Below are positions 1 to 7,851 of a stretch of DNA of 15,025 nt, piece after piece. The notes beneath the pieces were generated by a model. The model was not told where the DNA came from, did not search any database, and worked only from the letters and a program-made list of their open reading frames with translations. Every line of letters begins with the position of its first letter. Within the stretch, counting starts at the first letter, position 1. A program made the position numbers and the translations under genes. The DNA comes from Oligoflexia bacterium (lineage in GTDB: Bacteria > Bdellovibrionota > Bdellovibrionia > JABDDW01). Location: positions 1 through 15,025 of the forward strand of contig JAYTHU010000069.1 in NCBI GenBank assembly GCA_043732305.1, in the 5' to 3' direction.

Positions 1-2
1 AT

Positions 3-1001
3 CAACGAGTTTCCAAAGACAACTCGTTATGGCTTCAAGGTTTGACTGAACAAGGTTGGGCGCAATTGCAAACTAAGGATCCTGCGGGGGCCATTGGTAA
101 CATGCACTCGATTCAATCTCCATACTTTGATAATGTTTATAAACCGGAAAGTTATATTGTGCGAAGTATTGGATATTTAAATATCTGTCAGTACGCAGAC
201 GCTTTCAAAACTCTTTCTTATCTGGATCAAAAGTACGCTCCGTGGCTCGAGAAAATTGAGTCCTTCACTAAGACACATGCTGATACTGCCATTTATGACT
301 CGACAATTAAGTATATCAGTTCAAAAAATAAACTCGACGTTCCTGAGCTTCCCAAGCAAATTCTTTTGGAAGCCGCGAGGCAACGTGATTTTTTGAACGA
401 TCAGGAAGTAATCAATTCCTTGGTTGATGAAGGTAATGCTTATCCGTTCATCAAGAGCTTGATTGGTTCTGATCGAAAAAATCTGCAGGTGAAACGGGCG
501 GGTTTGCTTCTGAAAGTTGCTAAAATAAAAGAGAAGATTAGAAATGTGAATGTCACACCAAACGCCGTTAAAAATCTCGGGGCATGGAAAGCTGAAATGG
601 CTTTGGATGAAACGTTCTTGAACGTTTATGATTTCAAGGTTTCAACTTTCGCTGAAGGCGAAAAGGGTTGGACCGCATTCTCTATTCCATCTGTGGAACG
701 CACTGTCAAGTCGCGAGCGGAATTCAGAGAACAAGCGGGAAGTTTTTTGAAAAAGCATTTCAATAAGATCGCTCGCCAGCTCAAAGCAAATCTCGAAAAC
801 AATGAGCTTTTAAAATATGAAATTTATGCGGGAAGCGGAGAGAACTTGCGTTACCAAGTCTCCGGTGGAAAAGTAAAGGGTATCATTGCTCCTCAGGATC
901 GAAAAGTCGCTGCACAAAGTTGGCAGTTTGATGGCGAGTTCTGGGAGGATGAAATCGGTAACTATCGTTCATCATTGAAAAACAACTGTAAGAAGGAGTA
1001 G
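3..1001 (+). CDS. 5'-truncated TPR-like helical protein, probably GltC-like (adventurous gliding motility family)
   Basis: The frame is open from base 3 (QRVSKDNSLWLQGLTEQGWAQL...), so the TTG at 42 is not the true start. TPR-like segments: WLQGLTEQGWAQL and PESYIVRSIGYLNICQYADA. The C-terminal WQFDGEFWEDEIGNYRSSLKNNC resembles my recollection of the W-x-F-x-G-E-x-W-x-D-E-x-G-x-Y...C tail of GltC-type proteins. The family call is from memory, not a search. Confidence 0.65.
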   Translation, partial: QRVSKDNSLWLQGLTEQGWAQLQTKDPAGAIGNMHSIQSPYFDNVYKPESYIVRSIGYLNICQYADAFKTLSYLDQKYAPWLEKIESFTKTHADTAIYDSTIKYISSKNKLDVPELPKQILLEAARQRDFLNDQEVINSLVDEGNAYPFIKSLIGSDRKNLQVKRAGLLLKVAKIKEKIRNVNVTPNAVKNLGAWKAEMALDETFLNVYDFKVSTFAEGEKGWTAFSIPSVERTVKSRAEFREQAGSFLKKHFNKIARQLKANLENNELLKYEIYAGSGENLRYQVSGGKVKGIIAPQDRKVAAQSWQFDGEFWEDEIGNYRSSLKNNCKKE

Positions 1002-1004
1002 TCC

Positions 1005-1658
1005 ATGTTGACTCGCGCCACTAAAATTATTTTGCTCTCATCCTCTCTGATTGGGTTTTTATCTTCTCCAGTGTTTGCTGCCGAGAGTGAAGTTCAGGGT
1101 CAGTTAGACCAGTTGAAAACAAACGCGGAGAACAGCGAAAAAAATCGAAGCTCCTATGAAAAAAATCAAAAAGTAGCAGACCAAAACGTCAAAACACTTG
1201 ATGGTAATTTAAAAGAACTAGGCAAACAAAAAGAACAAATCAACGATAACGCTCACAAAGCTGACTTGAATGTTGGCACGATGGAAAAGCAAGAAACTCA
1301 GATGAGGGGATTGAGCGAAAAAGAAAAGCAACAGATCGATGTTGAGAATCAACAGGTTGCGCAATTGGAAGATAAGATCAACAAAGTCAAAGGCAACATC
1401 ACCAAACGTTTGGCCAACCAACAAGCATACGATGCAAAGATCCAGACCATTGCTTTGGAAAAGAAACAGTGGGTAGATCAGAAGAAATCGGCTGACGACA
1501 TAATCAAGAGCATCGGTGTTAAAGAAATTCAGGCAAAAACTGATTTGACTGAATGGAAGAAAAAATCTGAAGCCTACACCGCTGAAGTAAAAAAGTGGAA
1601 AGCCGAAGCCGACAAAAACCGCACCACCTACGACAAGTACGAAAAGCTAAACAAATAA
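1005..1658 (+). CDS. Secreted/periplasmic coiled-coil hypothetical protein (217 aa)
   Basis: SD-like AAGGAG overlaps the end of the upstream gene, and the ATG is 3 nt after its TAG. Sec-type signal peptide MLTRATKIILLSSSLIGFLSSPVFA-A. The mature part is rich in K/E/Q/N, has no proline and shows heptad periodicity. Confidence 0.85.
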   Translation: MLTRATKIILLSSSLIGFLSSPVFAAESEVQGQLDQLKTNAENSEKNRSSYEKNQKVADQNVKTLDGNLKELGKQKEQINDNAHKADLNVGTMEKQETQMRGLSEKEKQQIDVENQQVAQLEDKINKVKGNITKRLANQQAYDAKIQTIALEKKQWVDQKKSADDIIKSIGVKEIQAKTDLTEWKKKSEAYTAEVKKWKAEADKNRTTYDKYEKLNK

Positions 1659-1772
1659 CCCGCAGGTACCAGGTTCCTTTTGGTAGCGAGGGCGCGTCAA
1701 AATTAGCTCTTGTAGTCTGAAAAGCCTTTGATACCCTATTTAGGTAAACAAAATCTAAACAAGGGGTTTCCT

Positions 1773-3749
1773 GTGAAAATTCTTGCCAAAAGTCCATTAA
1801 TTTTGACGACATTGTTGCTGTCAACTGTCCTGGCTTGCTCCCACAATCAGAATAAAACGGATGCCATTGTGGGTGCCGCAACTGCAAACACCAACACTGC
1901 GCCGATTGCTGTCAAAGCGGCTTCAGATTTGATTCCGTTAAGAGACTTTTTTAAGAACGCGGAAAAAGCTCGATTCGAAATTTCTCCGAACGGCGAATAC
2001 ATTTCATTTATGCAGCCTTGGAAAAATCGCATGAATATTTTCGTACAAAAACTTTCTAGCGATCATTTGCCAACGGGTGAGATCAAGCAAATCACATTTG
2101 CTGAGGATCGTGACCTTTCGGGGTATTTTTGGAAAGAAAATGACACCATTTTGTATTCTAAAGATTTCAAAGGTGACGAAAACTTTCACGTCTTTGCTGT
2201 CGACATTGCGTCGGGAAAACAAAAAGATCTCACGGACTATCCTAAAACTCGTGCTGGAATATTAGACGATTTGGATGATATCAGTACCACGGATATTTTA
2301 GTGGAACTCAACAAAAGAAATCCCGAGATCTTCGATGTCTATCGTATCAATGTTAAAACTGGCGAAACCAAAATGGTCGCAGAAAATCCCGGTAGATACA
2401 CGGGTTGGGACACTGATCACAACGGTGTGATCAGACTTGCAACTGAATCAGATGGACTCACCACCACTCTCTACTACCGCGACAATGAACAATCGAAATT
2501 CGCAAAAGTAATCTCTTTTGATTACAAATCTTCTTTTGATCCGTTATTTTTTGATTTTGATAATAAAAATCTCTACGCTTCTTCAAACTTAGGTCGAGAC
2601 AAATCTATAATCGTTTTGTTCGATCCTAAAACCGGAAAAGAGTTAAAAACAATTTTCTCTCGTCCAGATGTTGACGTTTCAATGTTGGGCTATTCTAAAA
2701 AAAGAAAAGTAATTACCGCTGCGATCTATACAACGTGGAAGGAAGAATTTAAATTCTTTGATAAAACTTCCGAAGCGCGTATGAAACGGATCCGAAAAGA
2801 ACTTCCTGATTACGAAATTTTTTATTCTAGCCACAACAAAGATGAAACTCTTTTTACGGTTGTCGCAACAAATGATAAAACTCGTGGGTTATATTATCTT
2901 TACGATGACGTCACTCACAAATTGACATTCATTGCTAACGTTGCTCCCTGGCTTGATTCAACTAAATTGGCCAGCACCTCTCCTATTGAATATAAATCTC
3001 GAGACGGTTTGACGATTCACGGTTATTTGACCGTGCCTCATGGAATGGAATCAGCGCAAAATCTACCAGTGATTGTGAATCCTCATGGCGGTCCATGGGT
3101 CAGAGACTCTTGGAGTTTTGATCCCGAAGTGCAGTTCCTCGCTAGCCGTGGTTATGCGGTTTTTCAACCCAACTATCGCGGATCCACCGGATATGGAAAA
3201 AAGTTTGTCGTAAAATCATTTAAAGAATGGGGGCGCACCATGCAAGATGACCTCACTGATGGTGTCGCTTGGTTAATCAAAAAAGGTTATGCCGATCCCA
3301 AACGTGTTGGTATTTATGGCGGAAGTTACGGCGGCTACGCAACACTTGCGGGACTCGCATTCACTCCTGATCTCTATGCATGTGGTGTTGACTACGTTGG
3401 TGTTTCGAATTTACTCACATTCATGAATACAATGCCCCCCTACTGGAAACCTGAAATTGAAAAAATGTACGCCATGGTTGGTAATCCTAAAACTGAAACA
3501 GACATGCTCAAGCGCGCATCTCCTGTTTTCAGTGCGGATAAAATCAAAGCGCCATTGTTTGTGGCTCAAGGCGCTCAAGATCCTCGTGTGAACATTGCCG
3601 AGAGCAATCAAATTGTTGAGTCATTGCGCAAACGTGGTGTGGCTGTTCAATATTTGGTCAAAGACAATGAAGGCCATGGTTTCCATAACGAAGAAAATCG
3701 TTTTGATTTCTACGAACAGATGGAAGCATTTCTCAAAAAACATATGTGA
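1773..3749 (+). CDS. S9 family (prolyl oligopeptidase/acylaminoacyl peptidase-like) serine peptidase, predicted lipoprotein
   Basis: Nucleophile motif GGSYGG, Asp in QDPRV, His in NEGHGF, plus PHGGPW and NYRGSTGYG, preceded by a beta-propeller-like N-terminal half. The in-frame GTG at 1773 follows AAGGGG and gives MKILAKSPLILTTLLLSTVLA-C (lipobox), so I prefer it to the TTG at 1728. Confidence 0.93.
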   Translation: MKILAKSPLILTTLLLSTVLACSHNQNKTDAIVGAATANTNTAPIAVKAASDLIPLRDFFKNAEKARFEISPNGEYISFMQPWKNRMNIFVQKLSSDHLPTGEIKQITFAEDRDLSGYFWKENDTILYSKDFKGDENFHVFAVDIASGKQKDLTDYPKTRAGILDDLDDISTTDILVELNKRNPEIFDVYRINVKTGETKMVAENPGRYTGWDTDHNGVIRLATESDGLTTTLYYRDNEQSKFAKVISFDYKSSFDPLFFDFDNKNLYASSNLGRDKSIIVLFDPKTGKELKTIFSRPDVDVSMLGYSKKRKVITAAIYTTWKEEFKFFDKTSEARMKRIRKELPDYEIFYSSHNKDETLFTVVATNDKTRGLYYLYDDVTHKLTFIANVAPWLDSTKLASTSPIEYKSRDGLTIHGYLTVPHGMESAQNLPVIVNPHGGPWVRDSWSFDPEVQFLASRGYAVFQPNYRGSTGYGKKFVVKSFKEWGRTMQDDLTDGVAWLIKKGYADPKRVGIYGGSYGGYATLAGLAFTPDLYACGVDYVGVSNLLTFMNTMPPYWKPEIEKMYAMVGNPKTETDMLKRASPVFSADKIKAPLFVAQGAQDPRVNIAESNQIVESLRKRGVAVQYLVKDNEGHGFHNEENRFDFYEQMEAFLKKHM

Positions 3750-3790
3750 TTTGAGATTGTTTCCAGGATCTATAGAAATTCTAGTTAAAG

Positions 3791-3819
3791 AAAAAGCCGG
3801 CTGAGAAGTCGGCTTTTTT
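3791..3819. terminator. Bidirectional intrinsic terminator
   Basis: AAAAAGCCGGCT-GAGA-AGTCGGCTTTTTT: GC-rich stem (one G-U pair on the + strand), GNRA loop, A-tract and T-tract flanks. It lies between the convergent S9 and ABC genes. Confidence 0.9.
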
Positions 3820-3837
3820 CATATGAATTTTTAAGCT

Positions 3838-5616
3838 TTAGACCGTCACATGTCGTCGTTGTGAATCATACAAATTGCGATAGGCTCCGCCAAGTTTGAG
3901 AAGTTCGGCATGCGTGCCGGATTCAACCAAATGACCTTTCTCCAGAACCATAATTCGATCACATTCGACGATAGTAGAAAGTCTGTGCGCAATAATTATG
4001 CTGGTGCGCCCCTTGGTGGCCTCGCGAGTGGCATTCTGAATGAGGGCCTCACTCTGAGAATCAATGTGCGCTGTGGCCTCATCTAGAATCAAAATGTCGG
4101 GATCAAAGGCCAGCACTCGAGCAAAGTTAATAAGTTGCTTTTCTCCAGTAGATAAATTGGCGCCTTTTTCTTGGACGATTCCATGGAGCCCGCGATTCTC
4201 TATTATTCTTCCGCAATGCGCGCGAAGTGCCGCACGAAGTGCGATGTCTTCTGAAATACGTGGATCATTCAAAGTGATATTAGAAAGCATAGTTCCGCGA
4301 AATAAAAAGAAATCCTGCTGGACTACCCCAATGCGCGAGCGCAATTCTTGTTTGCGAATTTTATGAAGATCAATTCCATCGAGCAGAATTTTACCCTGAT
4401 CGTTCGGGCCGAAATCATAGAATCTCTGCAGCAAACTGATAATAGTGCTTTTGCCACTTCCAGTGCTGCCAACAATCGCCACACTTTGACCAGGCTCAAT
4501 TGTAAAATCAAGGCCTTTGAGAATTTCTCCGTGAGTTTGTTCATAAGCAAAACGCACATTTTTAAATTCCACTCGGCCGGGCAAACGCATGGCACTTAAA
4601 CTTTGTCCGTCCAGTTCATCTAACGGTTGATCGAACAAAGTAAAAATCCTTTCGGCACTGGCCAGACTGGCTTGAAAGGTTTGATATTTTTCTAAAATAT
4701 TTCGGAGTGGAGGTAAGAAGTCTTGAACGTTCATGAGGAACGCAACTACCAGTCCGACCGGAATGCTTGATCTATTATTGAGCACTCCACCGTAATAAAG
4801 AGCCATTGTGACAGTAAAGGCATTGAATCCATTCACTACCGGATGCAGGAGTGCCAGATATTTGACGTTTGTGAGTTGTTCATTTTTGTAATCGTTACTT
4901 AGAAATTTAAATTTTCTACGCTGCCGAAATTCTTGTGCATAAAGCTGCGTTACTTTCATACCGGTGATATTCTCAGCATTAAACGAATTGATTGATGCTA
5001 ATTTTCTTTTAAGTATACGAAGACTATCTCGAGCTTTTCCACTCAGATAAAATGTGCTCCAAAGCATGAGTGGCGTGATAGATAAAACAATCAGAGTCAA
5101 TTTCACATTGATGAGAAGCATAGCTATGACGATTGCCACTAGACTCAGGCTATCTACAAACACACTGATGAGACCTGCTGTGAAGAGTTCTGATAATGAT
5201 CCGAAGTCATTTGTGAGACGGGTGACCACGCGACCGATGGGGTTCTTGTCGAAAAATGTCACAGGCAGATTCTGCACGTGCTCAAAAAGTTTCGAGCGCA
5301 TCTCATAAATAATTCTTAAGCCAAGAACTTGAAAGAAATAAGTTTCAGTGCAAATCAGAATAAAACGAATGATCTCCAAGCCCAAGTAGAGTTTGCAGAA
5401 CTTCCATAGCAACTCAGTTTTCTTGGCCATGATAACGTCATCAACCACATGACCTAAAATAAAGGGGAGCAGTCGGCCAATAACCGTGTGCACAATCACC
5501 ACGATCATTAGAATTGAGAGCATTAGCCCATGAACTTTCATAAACGGCCAAATTCTAAGAACTAAATCACGGTAGCGAGTTTTTTCGGAGACATTGTCGT
5601 CTTGAAAATGACTCAT
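3838..5616 (-). CDS. ABC exporter half-transporter (TMD+NBD), MdlB/YheH/TM288-like subunit
   Basis: N-terminal TM helices, Walker A GSTGSGKST, Q-loop VVQQD, degenerate signature LSTGEKQ, canonical Walker B ILILDEAT and H-loop IAHR. ATGA overlap with the partner gene at 5613-5616. Confidence 0.93.
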   Translation of the reverse strand: MSHFQDDNVSEKTRYRDLVLRIWPFMKVHGLMLSILMIVVIVHTVIGRLLPFILGHVVDDVIMAKKTELLWKFCKLYLGLEIIRFILICTETYFFQVLGLRIIYEMRSKLFEHVQNLPVTFFDKNPIGRVVTRLTNDFGSLSELFTAGLISVFVDSLSLVAIVIAMLLINVKLTLIVLSITPLMLWSTFYLSGKARDSLRILKRKLASINSFNAENITGMKVTQLYAQEFRQRRKFKFLSNDYKNEQLTNVKYLALLHPVVNGFNAFTVTMALYYGGVLNNRSSIPVGLVVAFLMNVQDFLPPLRNILEKYQTFQASLASAERIFTLFDQPLDELDGQSLSAMRLPGRVEFKNVRFAYEQTHGEILKGLDFTIEPGQSVAIVGSTGSGKSTIISLLQRFYDFGPNDQGKILLDGIDLHKIRKQELRSRIGVVQQDFFLFRGTMLSNITLNDPRISEDIALRAALRAHCGRIIENRGLHGIVQEKGANLSTGEKQLINFARVLAFDPDILILDEATAHIDSQSEALIQNATREATKGRTSIIIAHRLSTIVECDRIMVLEKGHLVESGTHAELLKLGGAYRNLYDSQRRHVTV

Positions 5617-7415
5617 ATTATTTCTCCACCGTGCTTGAGTCCGTCGTTTTCTGCTTGGTTTTGCAGTCGAATAAGTTCTCTGTAGACTTGGCTTTTCACG
5701 CGCATTTCTGTTGGCGTTCCGACAGCTTCAAGTTTGCCATTTTCGAGTGCAATAATTTTGTCACATAAGTTTAAGCTGCTGATTTTATGACTTACAATAA
5801 TAATGGATCTCGCGATGTCTACCCCGGCGTCGGGGTCAAAAATATTCCTCAGAATCTTTTTCTCGGTGTCTGCATCCACAGCAGAAAGAGAATCGTCAAA
5901 AATAAATATTGGCGATTTTCGCAGCAATCCACGCGCAATCGTGAGTCGTTGTTTCTGACCACCAGACAGGTTCACTCCGCGTTCACCTAGGAGAGTGTCG
6001 TATGTCGACGGAAGTGATTCGATTTCCAAATGAATATTGGCCAGGCGGGCCACCTGCTTTATTTCTTCAAGTTCAAAGTTAATCGTTCCAATAGACCCGT
6101 ACGCAATATTCTCGCGAACACTTGTGCTGAATAAAAATGGATCCTGCGGGATGAGAGTCACAGTGTTTCTTAGCGTGCCCAATGGAATGTCATTGATGTC
6201 TTGCGTTCCAAAGAAAATCTGACCGCGCTCCACCTGATACAAGTGAGCGAGCAATTGAATCAAAGCAGTTTTTCCACTGCCGACAGATCCAACGAGTCCT
6301 ACTTTTTCTCCGGGAAAGATATCAAAACTCACATTTTTCAAAGCTAAAACAGAGCTGCCGGGGAATTTAAAATTCAATTCGCGCACGTGCACAGAAAAAT
6401 CTTTTAAGACGAACGGTAATGTGGGACTCGAACACGAATTTTCTTCAGGTTCGGCGTGTTTTACTTCGGGTATTATATTTAATAAATCGTCCAGACGTTT
6501 CAGCGAAGCTGTCGCTTGGGAAACTAGAGCAAATCCCCAACCGATGGCGGTCATTGGCCAAACCATTTTTGAAATGTAACGTTGGAAAGCCACAAATGTC
6601 CCAACAGTAATCGTTCCTCTGATGACGTCATCAGTTCCAAAAAATATTAAGATTACTACGCCCACGGTCACGCAGAATTCCATCACGGGGTGCATGAATG
6701 TTTCAGTGAAGGCTACTTTTTCAGACGCAGTTTTTAAATCAAAGCTGGCACGATCAAAATACTTGCCTTGGTTTTTTTCTTGAACATAAGTTTTAACAGT
6801 TCTAATGCCAGATATATTTTCCTGCACTATGCCTGAAAGTTCACTGAATTTTTCTTGTTCGACCAAGAACCGCTTATGAATAATTTTTCCCAGCCAGCGC
6901 ACAAAAAACGGCAGTATCGGGAGCAAGGCTAAAGATTTAAAAGTCAGACTCCTAGAGAGGTGAAACATGATTGGCGGGATAGTCAAAAAATAGAACAGAG
7001 CGTCCGTCAAAACGACCAGACCCGGCCCCATACCCATGCGCACAGCTTCAACGTCATTTGAAAGCAAGCTCATCAGTTCGCCAGTTTGATTTTCTGTATA
7101 AAATGATGGGGTGAGATAAGTCAATTTATTGAAAACCATTTCGCGCAAATCATTGGCTATGTTTTGATGAAATTTTCCAAACTGCATGCGCCAATGAAAT
7201 CGCACCACGGCCAGCAAAACTGTTGCGCCGCCAAAGATCAATGCGGTTTTTAAAAGTTCGGCGCTAGGAGCCCTGGAAGTAATTTGATCCACGCCGCGCA
7301 TAATAATGAGCGGAGGAATGACGTCAAGCACATCTGTGACCGCAAGAGCGCTCGCGCCAGAAAAGAAATACCACTTGTACTTAACGATAAACGTTTTGAA
7401 ATAACGAAGGAACAT
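5613..7415 (-). CDS. ABC exporter half-transporter (TMD+NBD), MdlA/YheI/TM287-like subunit
   Basis: TM helices, Walker A GSVGSGKT, Q-loop IPQD, canonical LSGGQ, degenerate Walker B IFIFDD (Asp in place of the catalytic Glu), D-loop SAVD and H-loop VSHK. Confidence 0.93.
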   Translation of the reverse strand: MFLRYFKTFIVKYKWYFFSGASALAVTDVLDVIPPLIIMRGVDQITSRAPSAELLKTALIFGGATVLLAVVRFHWRMQFGKFHQNIANDLREMVFNKLTYLTPSFYTENQTGELMSLLSNDVEAVRMGMGPGLVVLTDALFYFLTIPPIMFHLSRSLTFKSLALLPILPFFVRWLGKIIHKRFLVEQEKFSELSGIVQENISGIRTVKTYVQEKNQGKYFDRASFDLKTASEKVAFTETFMHPVMEFCVTVGVVILIFFGTDDVIRGTITVGTFVAFQRYISKMVWPMTAIGWGFALVSQATASLKRLDDLLNIIPEVKHAEPEENSCSSPTLPFVLKDFSVHVRELNFKFPGSSVLALKNVSFDIFPGEKVGLVGSVGSGKTALIQLLAHLYQVERGQIFFGTQDINDIPLGTLRNTVTLIPQDPFLFSTSVRENIAYGSIGTINFELEEIKQVARLANIHLEIESLPSTYDTLLGERGVNLSGGQKQRLTIARGLLRKSPIFIFDDSLSAVDADTEKKILRNIFDPDAGVDIARSIIIVSHKISSLNLCDKIIALENGKLEAVGTPTEMRVKSQVYRELIRLQNQAENDGLKHGGEII

Positions 7416-7431
7416 GATTGGGGGGAGTGTA

Positions 7432-7794
7432 CTAACCTTCTTTGTCGTTGCCTAGAATTTCTTTCAAGACCCTGCGCTCTTCAGGAGTGAGTTTGGCGGA
7501 AACCATGAAATGTTTTGCTTTGTCGCGCACTTCTTTAGGCGAGTAAGTGATTTTTCTTTTTTCTTCCGCAGTTTCAGTTTCATCAGAATCATTGACGACT
7601 TTTGCGTCTTTACTTTTGATTTCAACTTTCGAGGCTTCACCACTGCCACGCTCGGCTTTGATGATGGCTTCCTTTTCATCGGCTAGGCGTTTCATGCCTC
7701 GCGCAGTGTGCGGACCGTTATCAGGCGGCTTTACTTCCACAGCTTTTTGAGCGGGTGGTTTGAAATCTGCATTTTTATCAATCGAACTTGCCAT
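7432..7794 (-). CDS. Hypothetical highly charged protein (120 aa)
   Basis: ATG-initiated ORF that fills the gap between two same-strand genes without overlap. K/E-rich, no signal peptide or TM segment, likely C-terminal helix (LTPEERRVLKEILG). No family recognised. Confidence 0.7.
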   Translation of the reverse strand: MASSIDKNADFKPPAQKAVEVKPPDNGPHTARGMKRLADEKEAIIKAERGSGEASKVEIKSKDAKVVNDSDETETAEEKRKITYSPKEVRDKAKHFMVSAKLTPEERRVLKEILGNDKEG

Positions 7795-7851
7795 GATTCA
7801 TTATTTTGGAAAACATTGGGTCGCGGCAAGTCTAGATCTCTAGAGAAGAAA

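Noticed and set aside
3595..3804. 69-aa alternative-frame ORF over the end of the S9 gene
   Set aside because: It overlaps the catalytic His region out of frame and ends inside the terminator hairpin.
7432..7794. FlgM-like anti-sigma identity suggested by SKVEIKSKDAK
   Set aside because: The conserved FlgM C-terminal motif (KV..IK..I..G.Y) is absent and there are no flagellar genes nearby.
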